In this document: positions 15,366 to 28,280 of the stretch, piece after piece
How the letters are laid out: each line of letters begins with the position of its first letter
Numbering within the stretch: position 1 is the stretch's first letter
From: Hemiscyllium ocellatum
Lineage: Eukaryota
DNA: 64,000 nucleotides
Direction of reading: 5' to 3'
NCBI RefSeq assembly: GCF_020745735.1
Contig: NC_083421.1
Location: 53,683,001 to 53,747,000, forward strand
The notes under the pieces: generated by a model
Seen by the model: the letters and a program-made list of their open reading frames with translations, nothing else
Told to the model about the DNA's origin: nothing
Databases searched by the model: none
Position numbers and translations under genes: made by a program

Positions 15366-15919
15366 ATTTGAGGAAACCACTTGAGGAACTTCCTAAAGGA
15401 GATACGTGAACATTTATTATCGTCCCCATTATTGTCATCCTGTGTGCTTCAGAAGTGTGTACAGATATTTTGCATAAAGTTCCCTGTCATGTAACAGCAT
15501 GATGATTCGGTCACTCCACTGGGGAGAAGAGGAACTCTTACTCCTACCATTACATTACAAGATGATTTTTCTTCAGCAAATTTCTTCTCATTTCTCCTGA
15601 AACTGTGGAACTTCTCCTGAGAAAGGTTGTACCAACATCAGGTGTCCTCCACTGTGTCACGGAACTGACCATTATTCACATGAGTCTAGAAAGCAAATAT
15701 CAGCAGGATATCTGATTGTGGGGGAGCAAAGGTGTTGACTCTGGCCTTGTCCTCCTCTGATGTTCACATGCAAACCCCCAGCTGCAATCAGATATATAGT
15801 TAGTTGGTTTTCCACTCTATCATCCACTCTATCATTGATGGGAAAATCAATTGTAGTGCCCCCATCATTGTTCTGGTTGAAATACTTTAAAACTGGTTTG
15901 ATGTCAACTGGACTATTGT

Positions 15920-17200
15920 GTTCAATTTTAGGCACCCATTTAGGAAGCTTGAGAAGGCATTGGAATGGGTGCAGAAAATATTTATGAGAAGAGTTGTAGG
16001 GATAAAAACAATCATTTACATGGAAAGATTAGAGAAGCTGGGCAGTTTTCTTGGTGCAAAGAAGATTAAGATCTGATCAGAGGTGATCACATAAGAAATT
16101 GAAGCAGAGGTAAGCCATTTGGCACCAAGTGTTTCTCTGCCATTCAAGAATATTATATTTGATATATCTGTGGCCTTAATTCTACTCTGCAGCCTGCTCT
16201 ATAACCCTTGTAGAAAAACATTTGTTTAATTCAGCCTTGAATATATTCAATAATCTAAGCTCCACTGCTCATAAAGAAGAAATTCCTTCTCATCCATGTC
16301 CTAAATGGAACAGGCCTTATTGTGAAACCCCTAGTTACAGATCCTCCCACAAGGGGAAACATCCTCTCACTGTCTACCTTGTCAACCCCCTCCGAATCTT
16401 GCATGTTTTAATAAGATCACCCTTCATTCTTCTAAGCTTGTGTAGTAGCCTTTTATGTGACACTTTATCAAAATCTTTACCTGGAATGAGCAGAAAGACT
16501 GGACAGGCTAGTCCTATATCATCCAGAGTGTAGAAGAGTCAAAGGGGATTTAATTGAAAAATGTAAGGTCCTGAGAGGAATTGACCATGTGGATGTTAAA
16601 AGGATCTTCCTCTTGTGGAAAATCTAGAATTAGGGATCGTTTAAAAACAAGAGGTTGCTCATCTAAAACAGAGATGAGGAAACATTTATTTCTCTCAGAG
16701 GACTGAGAGTATTTGGAATTCCCTTTCTCAAAAGGCAATGGATGCAGAATCTTTAAATTAGATTAGATTACTTACAGTGTGGAAACAGGCCCTTCGGCCC
16801 AACAAGTCCACACCGACCCGCCGAAGCACAACCCACCCATACCCCTACATTTACCCCCTACCTAACACTACGGACAATTTAGCATGGCCAATTCACTTGA
16901 TCCCGCACATCTTTGGACTGTGGGAGGAAACCCGTGCAGACACGGGGAGAACGTGCAAACTCCACACAGTCAGACGCCTGAGGCGGGAATTGAACCCGGG
17001 TCTCTGGTGCTGTGAGGCAGCAGTGCTAACCACTGTGCCACCGTGCCGCCCAAAGGCAGAGGTAGATAGATTCTTGATTACCAAAGGGATGAAAGATTAT
17101 CAGGGATATGCAGGCATTTGAATTGAGGTTAAAGTCAGATCAGCCATTAACTCATTGAACAGTGGAGCAAACTCGAAGGGCTGAGTGGCCTTCTCTTGTT
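15920..17200. mobile_element. Interleaved CR1 3' fragments on both strands (contains the SINE at 16758-17051)
   Basis: CR1 3' motifs on plus (16480-17200) and minus (16090-16435). Confidence 0.7.
16758..17051 (-). mobile_element. Young V-SINE (HE1-like)
   Basis: Near-identical reverse complement of 48037-48350 with a short internal deletion. Confidence 0.9.
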
Positions 17201-17418
17201 CGTCGTTTCGATGTTTGGATGCCGTTTTTTGACGCCTTCATGTGCCTTGCTCGATTTGTCCTCAAACAATTCTAGTAAAATTGGTAAACGCAATTTCCCT
17301 TTCATAAAACATATTAGCTCTGCTTGATTTATAGTGGCTATCAAAAAGACTAATATTTCAGCTTCTAGCTCTACCATTTGACCAATAGTGGGGGCAGAGA
17401 AATAACCTCCTCACATAC

Positions 17419-17481
17419 CTTGAAGATGTACATGCTTTGCACAATGACAGGTTCCTTTAGATCCAACTTCCGGGCTATCTC
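17419..17481 (-). CDS. PHYHD1: PHYHD1 coding exon 6 (EIARKLDLKEPVIVQSMYIFK)
   Basis: 63 nt, QSMYIFK motif, gacag/gtatgt flanks. Confidence 0.95.
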
Positions 17482-17629
17482 CTGTCACACAGAAACACAG
17501 ATTCATTTCAATGGATGCAAATATTTCAGCCTTTCTTTAATTCTGTCAGATCCAAACAATTCTCCAAGCAATGAGAGCAGCCAAGCTACCTGTTCTCCAA
17601 TATATGTTAAATCTAAACTCAAGTAAAAT

Positions 17630-17950
17630 GGGGAGGCCATGGTCTAGTGGTATTATTACTGCCTTGTTTATCCAAAGACCCAGGTCATGTTCTGGGGATC
17701 CAGGCTCATATCCTGCCATGACCAGTGGTGGAATTTGAATTAAATTTTTAAAATCTGGAATTAAGATGAAACCATTGTTTGCTGTTGGAAAACCCATCTG
17801 GTTCATGACCCCTTTACAGAAGGAAATCTGCCATCCCTATCTGGTCTGGTCCACCTGTGATTTCAGACACAGATTAACTCATAGCTGACCTCTGGGCAAT
17901 AAATGCTGACATCAGGTCACTGGTGCCCACACCCTGTCAGTGAATCAAAA
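17630..17950 (+). mobile_element. Second SINE family copy
   Basis: Homologous to 3615-3975. Confidence 0.6.
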
Positions 17951-18309
17951 ATGAAAGTTCATAGATGAGAACAGCAGAGAGTCTTTGTTGGTTTGTTCTT
18001 TCTCCGCTATGGAGGAACAAATGTGGTTAAAAGGAATACAACAAAGGCACAAAGAAGATTTTCAAGACTTGAGACTGATCACTGGGAGCAGAGGACTGAT
18101 TAAAGGCTTGAAAAATCTTAAATTTCTTCTTGCACAGATAGACAAATAGTAAATGGCAGTTAAATTGGCAACAGGACAAAGGGTTCATATTCAAACTGGC
18201 AAAGTCAGGAATCTTCGATGAAATGACCAATTCACAAGTTGAAGCACAGGCTTGCAGTGGTGGCAAAAACTGCTGAATTATTTAAGTGCAATGGATGAAT
18301 CACAAAAAC

Positions 18310-19340
18310 CTAGCACCCAAATTTAGTAGGTATAAGGGAAGGTGAGTGGAATGTTGGTCTTTATTTCAGAAGGGAATAGAGTATAAAAATAGTGAAGTTT
18401 TGTTAAAGCTATGCAAGGAACTACACAAATCTCAGCTGGAATATTGAGGACAGTTTTAGGCTCATAATCTAAGTAAAGATGTACTGGCATTGAAGGCAGT
18501 CCAGTGAAGATTCACTAGGCTAATATTGGGTATAGGGAGACTGTCTTATGAGAAGGGGTTGAGTAGGTTGCACCCATAACCATTGACATGCAGAAGAACA
18601 AAGGCATTCTATGTTCAAGATTCATCAGGGACTCAAAAGGTAGGTGCAGAAAGTTTGCTTCCACTTGTGGGAGAGTTTAGGACCACAGAGCAGAAGTGCA
18701 GAATACAGGGTTGCATACTTAAAACACAGTCAAGGAGGCAAACTGTATGTCAGCCTTCATAGCAAGAGAATTCAAGTACAGGAACAAGGATGTCTTTCTG
18801 TGATTATACAAGGCATCGGTGAGGCCACACCTGGAATATCATGTGCAGGTTTGGTCTCCTTATCTGAGGAAGGATGCTCTTGCTACAGAAGGAGTGCAGC
18901 AAAAGTTTACCAAATTGATTTATGAGATGGTAGGCGTGATCCCAGAGAGATTGAGTTAGATCAGATTGTACTCAATGGAGCTTAGAAGAATGGGGGGGGG
19001 GGGGGGCGGATTTCAGAGAAAACAAAAAATTCTAACAGAACTGGCAGGTTATACGCAGAAAGAATGATCATGATGGTGGAGGACTCTTAGTTAAAGGCAT
19101 CATAGTTTAAAGATAAAAGGTAAACCTTTTAGGAATGAGCTGAGGAGAAATTTCTTCACCCAGAGAGCCTTTGAGCCTTTGGAATTCATTACAAAATGAT
19201 TGAGGCCAAAACATTAGGCTTTTCAATAAGGGAGTAGATATAGCTCTTGTGGCTTGAAGGATCATGGGATTTGGGGGATGGTACTGAATGGCAGAGCAGG
19301 CTCTGATTGAATGACCTTCTTGAGTTCCTATCTTTCTAAA
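18310..19340 (+). mobile_element. Two tandem decayed CR1 fragments
   Basis: Repeated gtgaggccacacctggaata / fwsp-type segments and a CR1 3' end. Confidence 0.75.
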
Positions 19341-19545
19341 CCTGAATCAAAACTATTTATTGGGTTGAGACTGGTAAAGTGTTCCTAAAATTGGATTCAA
19401 CAAACATTGTTATTTATTTCTACCTAGTTTCCAGCTAACTTAAAATAACGGAAAACATTTCAGTGATTTAACAATAGTCTACATCAGGCTTCACTATTAC
19501 ACAAGTCCTGCTTGCTAGCAATTGGTAGACTCAAGAAAGACCCAC

Positions 19546-19601
19546 CTGCACTTTGAGTGAATGAGTGAGATTTTTGAAAATAGGCTCCAAGGCATGAAGA
19601 G
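19546..19601 (-). CDS. PHYHD1: PHYHD1 coding exon 5 (ALHALEPIFKNLTHSLKVQ)
   Basis: 56 nt, cacag/gtgggt flanks, phase consistent. Confidence 0.95.
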
Positions 19602-20304
19602 CTGTGAATAAGAATCACATTACGAGTGAGTGTCTGTGGAAGCCATCTTGTTTAAGGTGAAACATGGGAATTAGGGATCATTTAGAGCATAGTCGAAGCT
19701 TTGTTGTGCCATCAATTCAATTTCTTTTCATTAGAGCACAGAGACCCAGCTGACATAAGGTAGTATATGAAGCTATTTTTTTCAAAAAATCCTAGAAAAC
19801 ACAGAATCTTGCCAGAATTATAAAACAGTAAACAAGTGTGTTATTTGGGAAAATATTTAAACATTTCTTATATGATATTTCTAACTGGATTGAAAGAAAT
19901 AGGTTCAAAATAAGGAACACATATTACTACAATAACAAAAAAAACCTGTATGCATCCTATTTCAATTTTGCTGTAGTGTGATTACTTAAATTGGTCTCAG
20001 TTTGCCTGGGTTAAAGATTGGCAAAACAATCAACCATTCCCTCACAATCACTTAAAGATAAATAGAGAGCTGAAGGTGCTAGTTAAAAACCAGCCTGGCT
20101 GAGCAGACAGGAATGTTTTTCACTGAGCACTTCCATCTAATTTATGAGTGTTTTGCTGGATCTTTGCAATCTAATAAGTTCACAAAATCTTTCATTGAAT
20201 GCTGTTATTCCCTTCAACAGGATGTTCTTGCATGTCTTCATTCAAAACGAAAAAAAGGGAATCACTTCTTTACATTTCCCAAAAATATACAGCTGTGACC
20301 TTAC

Positions 20305-20352
20305 CATGGCCAATTTTATTTAAAGATTTCTCCTTTGGTACAAGAAAATCAC
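20305..20352 (-). CDS. PHYHD1: PHYHD1 coding exon 4 (GDFLVPKEKSLNKIGH)
   Basis: 48 nt, phase 1-1, NKIGH motif. Confidence 0.95.
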
Positions 20353-20477
20353 CTAAAATGAAAAGGAAAATTAAAATTAGTAGATTTCTGGCCACTGGCT
20401 GAGTAAGACATCTTTCTGTCGAAGGATTTTTGACTTGCCAATTTCTCAGTTGGGAGCTACACTAACCTCAGCTGGAA

Positions 20478-20840
20478 TATTGAGCCTCATCTTCCGTCTA
20501 GGACCCCTCCAACCACACGGGATGAATGCAGATTTCTCCAACTCCCTCATTTCCTCTCCCCCCACCTTGTCTCAGTCCCAACCCTCAGACTCAGCATCGC
20601 CTTTTTGACCTGCAATCTTCTTCCCGACCTCTCCGCCCCCCACCCCCTCTCCGGCCTATCACCCTCATCTTAACCTCCTTCCACTAATCACATTCTCAAC
20701 ATCCCTACCCCAGGTCATTCCTCCCTACCTTTTATCTTAGCCTGCTTGGCACACCTTCCTTATGCCCGAAACTTCGATTCTCCTGCTCCTTGGATGCTGT
20801 CTGACCTGCTGTGCTTTTCCAGCAACACATTTTTCAGCTT
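20478..20840 (+). mobile_element. Penelope-derived 3' terminal fragment
   Basis: C-rich body then gatgctgtctgacctgctgtgcttttccagcaacaca end, shared with 21935-22260; hammerhead core deleted. Confidence 0.75.
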
Positions 20841-21934
20841 TTGTGTTACAATACTGATAGATGCGCCTAACTGTCTGATGGAAGTGACAAACAATTGAAC
20901 AATAATCAAGAAGTTCAGTTACCTTTATTTAACCCTATGTTTTTGCAATGTTTTCCACCTGGAATCACTGTCAGGATCCAGGCCACAGTACAAACCAGTC
21001 CAGGAATTTCCAGTCACAAATGAGGTGAGCAGTGGTTTTCTATTGGGATGGCCAGAACCGGACTGAACCACGATGCAAGTTACAGGTAAAACCAATTAAA
21101 TCCAGCGCCCTCGTGATCCCAAATGCTGTCTGCCAGCCCTGAAAGGGTTGGCTGGAACCAAGATACCCACTGAGGGCTGAACCTACCTCATGTACCCACC
21201 CGATGACCACTGCCGGGCAATCTTTTCCCGAGGGGATCCCGAAAATGGGGACAGGCAGACCCCAGCATTTCACCTTTGAGACTGGCAACAAGACATCAAA
21301 AACTCCAGAGGCAAATTCCTAGCCCTTGCTTTAACTGTTGAAATGTGGCCATTGGGGAGTAATGTCTCTTTAATGTTACCTCGGAGCTTACGTTGGGAAT
21401 TGATATGCTTTCATCCTATTTAAAGGAAAATCTACTAATATACACTGACTCTTCATTGTGCTTTTAATATGATCCATGATTTTGGAGCCTTGTGAGAACA
21501 TTGAAGATTTTTAACCCCAAGGGGGCAGCGTTATAGTAATGCTATTTTGTTCAATCACTCTGACAGTTAGCAAGATGTTCGGCTCATGCTGATGAAACTG
21601 ATACTGTTTCTAAAATAGTTGACAAATAGATGCAGCTGCCAAGTAGGCAGCCATACACCTCAAACTTCTGATCTCATTGAGTCCCTAGCAAAACCTAGGG
21701 ACACTGGTTAAAGCTTCTGTGTTCTGTGGTGAAGTTGTGCAATTATATTTGAAAAATCACACATTATTTATACGTTTTTTAAGAAATAGTACAGCCTTAA
21801 TTACAAGAAAGACCAATCACATATAATAAGGTGACATGATTTACAGCAAGTTAATCCAATGATAATTCCTGGGAAAGAGTTCTAAATTACAAGGGAAGTC
21901 CAATCAGCTGTAACATGGTAACATGATTGACAAC

Positions 21935-22260
21935 AGGATTTCTCCAGCTTCCTCATTTCCCCTCCCCCCACCTTGTCTCAGTCGGTTCCCTCAACTCAGC
22001 ACCGCCCTCCTAGCCTGCAGTCCTCTTCCTGGCCTCTCCGCCCCCGCCCCGCTCCGGCCTATCACCCTCGCCTTGACCTCCTTCCACCTGTCCCACCTCC
22101 ATCGCCCCTCCCCCTAGTCCCTCCTCCCTACCTTTTATCTCAGCCTGCTTGGCTCTCTCTCTCTTATTCCTGATGAAGGGCTTATGCTCGAAACGTCGAA
22201 TTCTCTATTCCTGAGATGCTGCCTAACCTGCTGTGCTTTGACCAGCAACACATTTGCAGC
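21935..22260 (+). mobile_element. Penelope-derived 3' terminal fragment, well preserved
   Basis: Same family as 20478-20840, retains CpGs and the hammerhead motif. Confidence 0.8.
22166..22201 (+). ncRNA. Minimal type I hammerhead ribozyme motif (Penelope-type)
   Basis: AUUC-CUGAUGA-A-GGGC-UUAU-GCUC-GAAA-C-GUC-GAAU: stem I AUUC/GAAU, stem II GGGC/GCUC, palindromic ACGU in place of stem III. Confidence 0.7.
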
Positions 22261-23853
22261 ACTGACAACAGGCTAATCCAATGGTAATTTCTTGGTAAAG
22301 AAATCTTATTTACGTAAATTGTCATGCTATGGTAGGAGTTCAAGGTTAGTTCGAATGGTCAATTAATGTGTCATTATCTATTTTATGAAAACTCTATTGT
22401 CCTCTTATGTTAGAATTTCAGCTTAATTCTGCAAATCAGCAGCACAAGTTCACAGGGTTCAATCACTATTCTCAGTCATTTTATAATATTCTTTTAAATT
22501 TAAAAAACATTTTGTGGTTAATAAAAATCTACATATACTTGTTGCCTAAATTCAAATTTCGATCCTCACTGGGATATGCACAAGACCCCAAGTTTAGGCA
22601 TTACTTATGCTGTTAGCCTGGGCTAACAAATAACCTTCATTCCACATACTAGGAAGGCATAAAATTAAAAGACATGTGCTAACTCTTCACTTAAAGTGAT
22701 CACATTGCCGTGACTTCTTTTTGACATTAAATATACATTATTCTGTAAACAGATGAATCAAAAGATGACAGATAGCTGTTATAAATCCTCGTCATTAAAC
22801 ATCAGGGCATTATTTACTGTCAAAGCAGAGATATGAAAAATGACTACATAAGTAAGTACTGAGGTCAGCAGTGTTTTTTGGATGATATTCCAAAATAAAT
22901 CTTTGTAAAACGTTTCCTTTCTTTTCCTGAAGCCAGAGACTTCAACAACAGGTGCGTATACTGGCACACTGGAGATCCAATGCATGGCACACCAGCACCA
23001 CGGCACCACAATGTACTGACAAGAGTTGGCAGCTATGATTTGCTGTATTCCTAACCTCAGCCCTACACCTCAGAGAGTTACCAAGTAGAGGTCATGAGAG
23101 TGGGAAAGAGCCATTGCTGTACAGACCTCATCGCAATCGAGGCAGTGGTTACAGAATGTCAGGTTGAGGTAAGGAGGAAATCTGCCCACGCCTCATTTAC
23201 AGAAATAAAAACAGGGATAAAACACATCTTAAAGAAAGGAGGTAGTTTCACTCTAAAATACTGAGATACAGTATAAATTATCAAAGGCATGAACTTGAAT
23301 TTTCTTCCAGCATCCTTTTAGTGGTGCAATCCACACAATAGCAACTTGCATATCTAGGAGATATGCTTCCTCATGCCACGTCCAGTACTTTTGCTGTGCA
23401 GCTTAAGTTTGTGTCCTCAGCACCAACCCTTTGACCACTGGAAAGGACTTCTCTTTATTTACTCTATTAAAACCATTCATGACTTGAACAGCTTCCTCCC
23501 CTCTTGACATCGTGGCACATGCTTTTCACATGACACAATGGAGAAAAATAATCAGATCACCTAATTTAGTTGTGGTGGTGGTGAGTGGATAAATATTGAC
23601 CAATGCACAGGGAGGTCTCTCCTGAAGATAATCTTGATGTTCATTGATAAAAGAATCTCAGGATTAAAACAGTGTTGCATCTTGGTTACATCTTAGTCTT
23701 AGCAGATAAAACTTCAAAATAAATGAACTGGCCACACATTTCACAACCATTTCCAGGATGTTCCTGATGGCCAATATGCCTGGGTATATTATAAACGGCA
23801 CTGCGGTTTAGTGTTATGTGATTTGTTTCAATATGCAAATCAAATACATGCTA

Positions 23854-23979
<126 letters not shown>

Positions 23980-24120
23980 CTAAAATAAAATGTTGCAACA
24001 ATTAATACCAAGTGCCCGACAAAGCAGAAATTCTTCTGAATGATCCACTATCCAACACTCGCTCACGTATTTTTTTGAGGCCAAGCAGGAGTGCATGAGA
24101 GAAAGAAAAAAAGTAATGAC

Positions 24121-27100
24121 TATAATGAGGTCAGCCAGGTAGGCCTCATAGAATATGAGTTCCCTGACTGTGGCTGTTAATCTGGTCCAATCGGGGAGCC
24201 CTGATTGACAGTGATAAACAGGAGTGTCAGAGTTTCAGTCCACTCTGACAGCTGGCACTTAGGGAGCTGGATCAGTGTCAAGGCCTTTCCATGTGTCAAT
24301 AAACGGTGACTTGGTGATGGGATACCAGCCTCTGTGGAATTATTTCAGTGGCGATGAGAGAAAAACACACTCCTGAAAAGATTTGCCTGCAACATTGTGT
24401 TGGGGTAAGCATTTCTGGTATCTTGCTGCAATTTGGGAAACTTGACTCATTTGATCCTGCCATTGAAGACTTGCCCCATCAAGATTGGGCCTCAGCGTTT
24501 TACGACAGTAACTGAACCAGTTGCTACTCATAAGAGACCGGAACTGAAGTTGTACCCTTAATCTGGAAAGATTCCCTGGTATAGGTTCTCAGTCTAGCCA
24601 AGGTCTTGCTCAAACTTAAGAGTTGGAGTTCAGAGCGAATACATTTTTTTTGGGGCAAATGACATTGGGCAGATGAAAAACAACAATTAATTCTTCTTAC
24701 AGCTTGTGATCCCACAGCTTTATTTGTTATTAGGAGGCACTAGATACTAAAACCTTTCAAGAGTTGACAGATTTGGCTAAGTACTATTATGACCGCAAAC
24801 CTCCTCCAATTCTGAGATGTTAGTGGTTTTATTTGGCATTTTGAGAACCGGGGAAACTAGTTTGGGAGTTTTGACTAGGTTACGATAGCTGGCAAAGGCA
24901 TGTGCCTTTGGTTTAACCTTTCGTGAGATGCTGAGAGACTGTTTGATATATGGAATTAATAATGTAACCGTGCAAAAGCCCCTAATAACTGAAGCCCAAC
25001 TGGACTTCAAACAGAAACTACAACTGACTTTATCATTGGAAAGTGTAGCAAATGGAGCATATCAGTTTCAGGATGTTTGGATGGCAGTGAATACCTTCGC
25101 CACTCTGAACCTGGGAAACAACACCTGAGTGAAGGCAATTGCGTAGCATGAACATAGAACATAGAACAGTACAGCACAGTGCTTCAGCCCTTGATGTTGT
25201 GCCGGCCTTTTATCCTACTCTAAGCTCAGACTACATACCCTTCATTGTACTAACTTCCAAGTGCTGATCCAAGAGTTGCTTAAATGTCCCTGACTAAGGA
25301 CATATTCTGAACTGACAGGTCAGCCCACAGCAAAACCCCAAAACAAAGCCAAGCCTTAGCCAAATGGTCAACATTTCTTTCAGGATCCAGGCGAGCAAGC
25401 CATTGCGGTTGCTGCTGGTATGTAGACTCAAGACAGCAAAATAGTCCCACTAACCTAAATGGAGTAAGAGAATACATAGGCCAGTATCCAGGAGTGCATA
25501 CCCTGCAAAGTCCACCTACATCTGGTTTAGAACAGTTAAATTGCTTAGCAAAATCCAAATCAGAACCAGTCAAAATAAATGTCTGTTAAATAGTCACCCC
25601 GTTCTAATGGAGGTCTTTAACAAAATTCGCTCTGGTCTCCAACCCTTAAGTTTAAGCAAGACCTTGGTTAGACTGGGAACCTATACCAGAGATCCTTGAC
25701 ACATTAATGGTACAACTTCAGTTCCAGTCTCTTATGAGAAGCAACTGGTTCAGTTACTGACTGTGTAAAAGCCCGGGCCCAAGTTTGATGGGGCAAAATT
25801 GGTTGAGAAGATTCACCTAGATTGGATTGACATTTTTCAATTAGAAAATGGCTGCCTGAGTGATGCCCTAATTAACCACCCGGACATTTTTCAGAAAGAT
25901 CTAGGGATTTCCAAAGGAACCAAGGCCACCTTACATGTTGACCAGGTAGCAATTCCACAATTCTGCAAGGCCCTCCGACTGCTACTTGCCTTATGGACAA
26001 AAGTAGAGACAGAAATCAAAAGGCTAGAAAGCAAAGGAATTATAAAACCAGTTCATTTTGCTCTCCTTCAAGAAGCTGGACATGAGCCATTTGTACTTGC
26101 AATTGCAATTATATGACAATTCCCAGAAGTACGCTAAAATTAATACCCATTAGGGCTTGTGCCAATAAACGAAACTGCCAAATGGAATATCATCAGCCTG
26201 TGCAATTTTTCAGCAGATGATAGAGAACATTTTACAAGCTTTATCCCAGGTTGCCACTTATCTAGATGATTTGCTAACAAGGACCACCAATAAGGAGCAC
26301 TTAGAAAACTTGGACATAGTCCTTAGACATTTCTCCCAAGCAGGCGTATGCCTTAGGAAGGAAAACTGTGTGTTCCAGTCACCTTAGGTGTTTCATTTGT
26401 TGAAAGTTAAAGTGAGGGCAATCAAAGCAGTCCCAGCTTCCACATCTGTACCAGAGCTTGGGTTTTTCCTTGGCCTCTTGAATTATTATGGAAAGTTTAT
26501 ACATAATCTGGCCTGCACCCTGACACCTTTGCATCAGCTCTTAAAAAAAGAGTCAGTTTTGGAAATGGTTGCATAACCAAGCCATAACTTTCAGGGAAGT
26601 GGAGAAACAGCTATCACCTCTAAAGGTGTAGTACACTAGGATCCCAAGCAAGATCTGTTATCAACATGCGATGCCTCCCCATATAGCATTGGGGTAGTAT
26701 TAGCTCATAGGTGACCCAATGGAGAGGAACATCCAATAACATATGCATCCAGGATATACACCCAAATACCAAAGGAAGGTTTGGCAGTTATATTTGGAGT
26801 CAGGAAGTTCCACCAAATCTTTATGGATGTATATTTGTAATAATAATGGATCACAAACTCCTTTAAGGTCTACTTAAAGAAGTCAAAGCAGTGTCACCCC
26901 ACAGCTTCAGGCTGAATTCAGCAGTGGGCTCTCACACTAATTACAGATTGGAACACCATCCAGAAGGCCAAGGAGCAAATGCGGATGCATTGAGCTGCCT
27001 CCCACTGGCACATAGACCACCAATGGTACGACCACTGGATAGCATCAGAAATGCCGATGCTGGACATAAGACTCGGATAAGCAAGAGAGATTGTTTACTT

Positions 27101-27927
27101 CAACGAATGAAGTTTGGTGTAGGAACTATAGGAATGGCCCTGCATGGGTAAGAGGCATGTTCAATGTGAGATTAGGTGCAGTGATGTATGAAGTATGGGT
27201 CGATATGACAATCCTGAACAAACATGTGGACCGCAGAAAAGCTGCAACCTCACAAACGGTGAGGGAGCAAAACATGCCCAGCTCCTCAACAGCATTTCCA
27301 ACTGTTCCAGAAACCATGGGTTCTTCCTCTCCATCAAGAGTTGAAGATAACTTGGAATCTGAGATGGACACGGCAGATGTCACCACCTCAATGCCTTTAC
27401 CACCTAAAGAAGGGAATGAATTTCTTCTGAGATTCTCCAAGCACAAGAGGCAAGCTACTGTGCATTACACGCCGCACATATCTGAGGCAGAGTTGGAGGA
27501 ATCTGACCAGGTGCTAAAGCACCCCAGGAGAAGCTTCAAATAAAAATGGCCTATGTCCTCACACTCAGAGGAGCAGCTAGTCCTCATAAAATATGAATTC
27601 CCTGACTGGGGCTGTTAATCTGGTCCAATCAGAGAGCCTTGGCTGACAGATAAGAACAGGAGTGTCTTGAACAGTAGGGTTTGGGGCCTGGATTTGCTGC
27701 TCCTCTCCCTTGTAAAATTGCTGTCTCTTATGTACACCTGTAAATGTAACTGTTTATTGTAAACTGTTTTTGTAATTTGTTTAATAATTTAAAAAAACAG
27801 GAGATTCAGAGTCTCCTCAGTTTAGGGCACTGACAAAAAAAAAACAGGAGTGTCAGACATCCTGTTCACTCTGAGAGCTTGCTCCGAGGGAGCTGCACCT
27901 GAGTCAAGGACTCTCCATATGGAAATA
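24121..27927 (+). mobile_element. Decayed Gypsy/Ty3 LTR retrotransposon in PHYHD1 intron 2
   Basis: 5' LTR about 24121-24347 ending CA, then PBS-like TGGCGATGAG; 3' LTR copy about 27575-27927. Remnants of gag (MLRDCLIYGI), RT (ATYLDD near 26255-26272; FLGLLNYYGKFI) and RNase H (CDASPYSIGVVL; NADALSCLP). Many stops and frameshifts. Confidence 0.88.
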
Positions 27928-28280
27928 TACAGAATACTGAATGGCCCAGTCAGAATAGATGTTGGGAAGATATTTCTATTGGTAGGGGAGACTAGGACCT
28001 GAGGGCATAACTTTAGAGTAAAGAGAAGACTTTTTAGAATGGAGATAAGGAGAAACTTCTTCAGCCAGAGAGTGGTGAATCTATGGAATTGATTGCCACA
28101 GAAGGCTGTGGAGGCCAGGTTATTGAGTATATTTAAGACTGAGGTAGATAGGTTCCTGATTATCAAGGGGATCAAGGGTTATGAGGAGAAAGCGGGAGAA
28201 TGGGGTTCAGAAACTTATCAGCCATGATTTAATGGCGGAGCAGACTCAATGGGCTGAATGGCCTAATTTCTGCTCCTATT
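27928..28280 (+). mobile_element. CR1 3' fragment abutting the Gypsy 3' LTR
   Basis: aggagaaacttcttcagccagagagtggtgaatctatggaatt; tail tcttatggtct. Confidence 0.85.

Noticed and set aside
27091-27543. 150-aa ORF as a domesticated gene
   Set aside because: Low-complexity C-terminal tail of the Gypsy pol region; starts at TTG within a decayed element.
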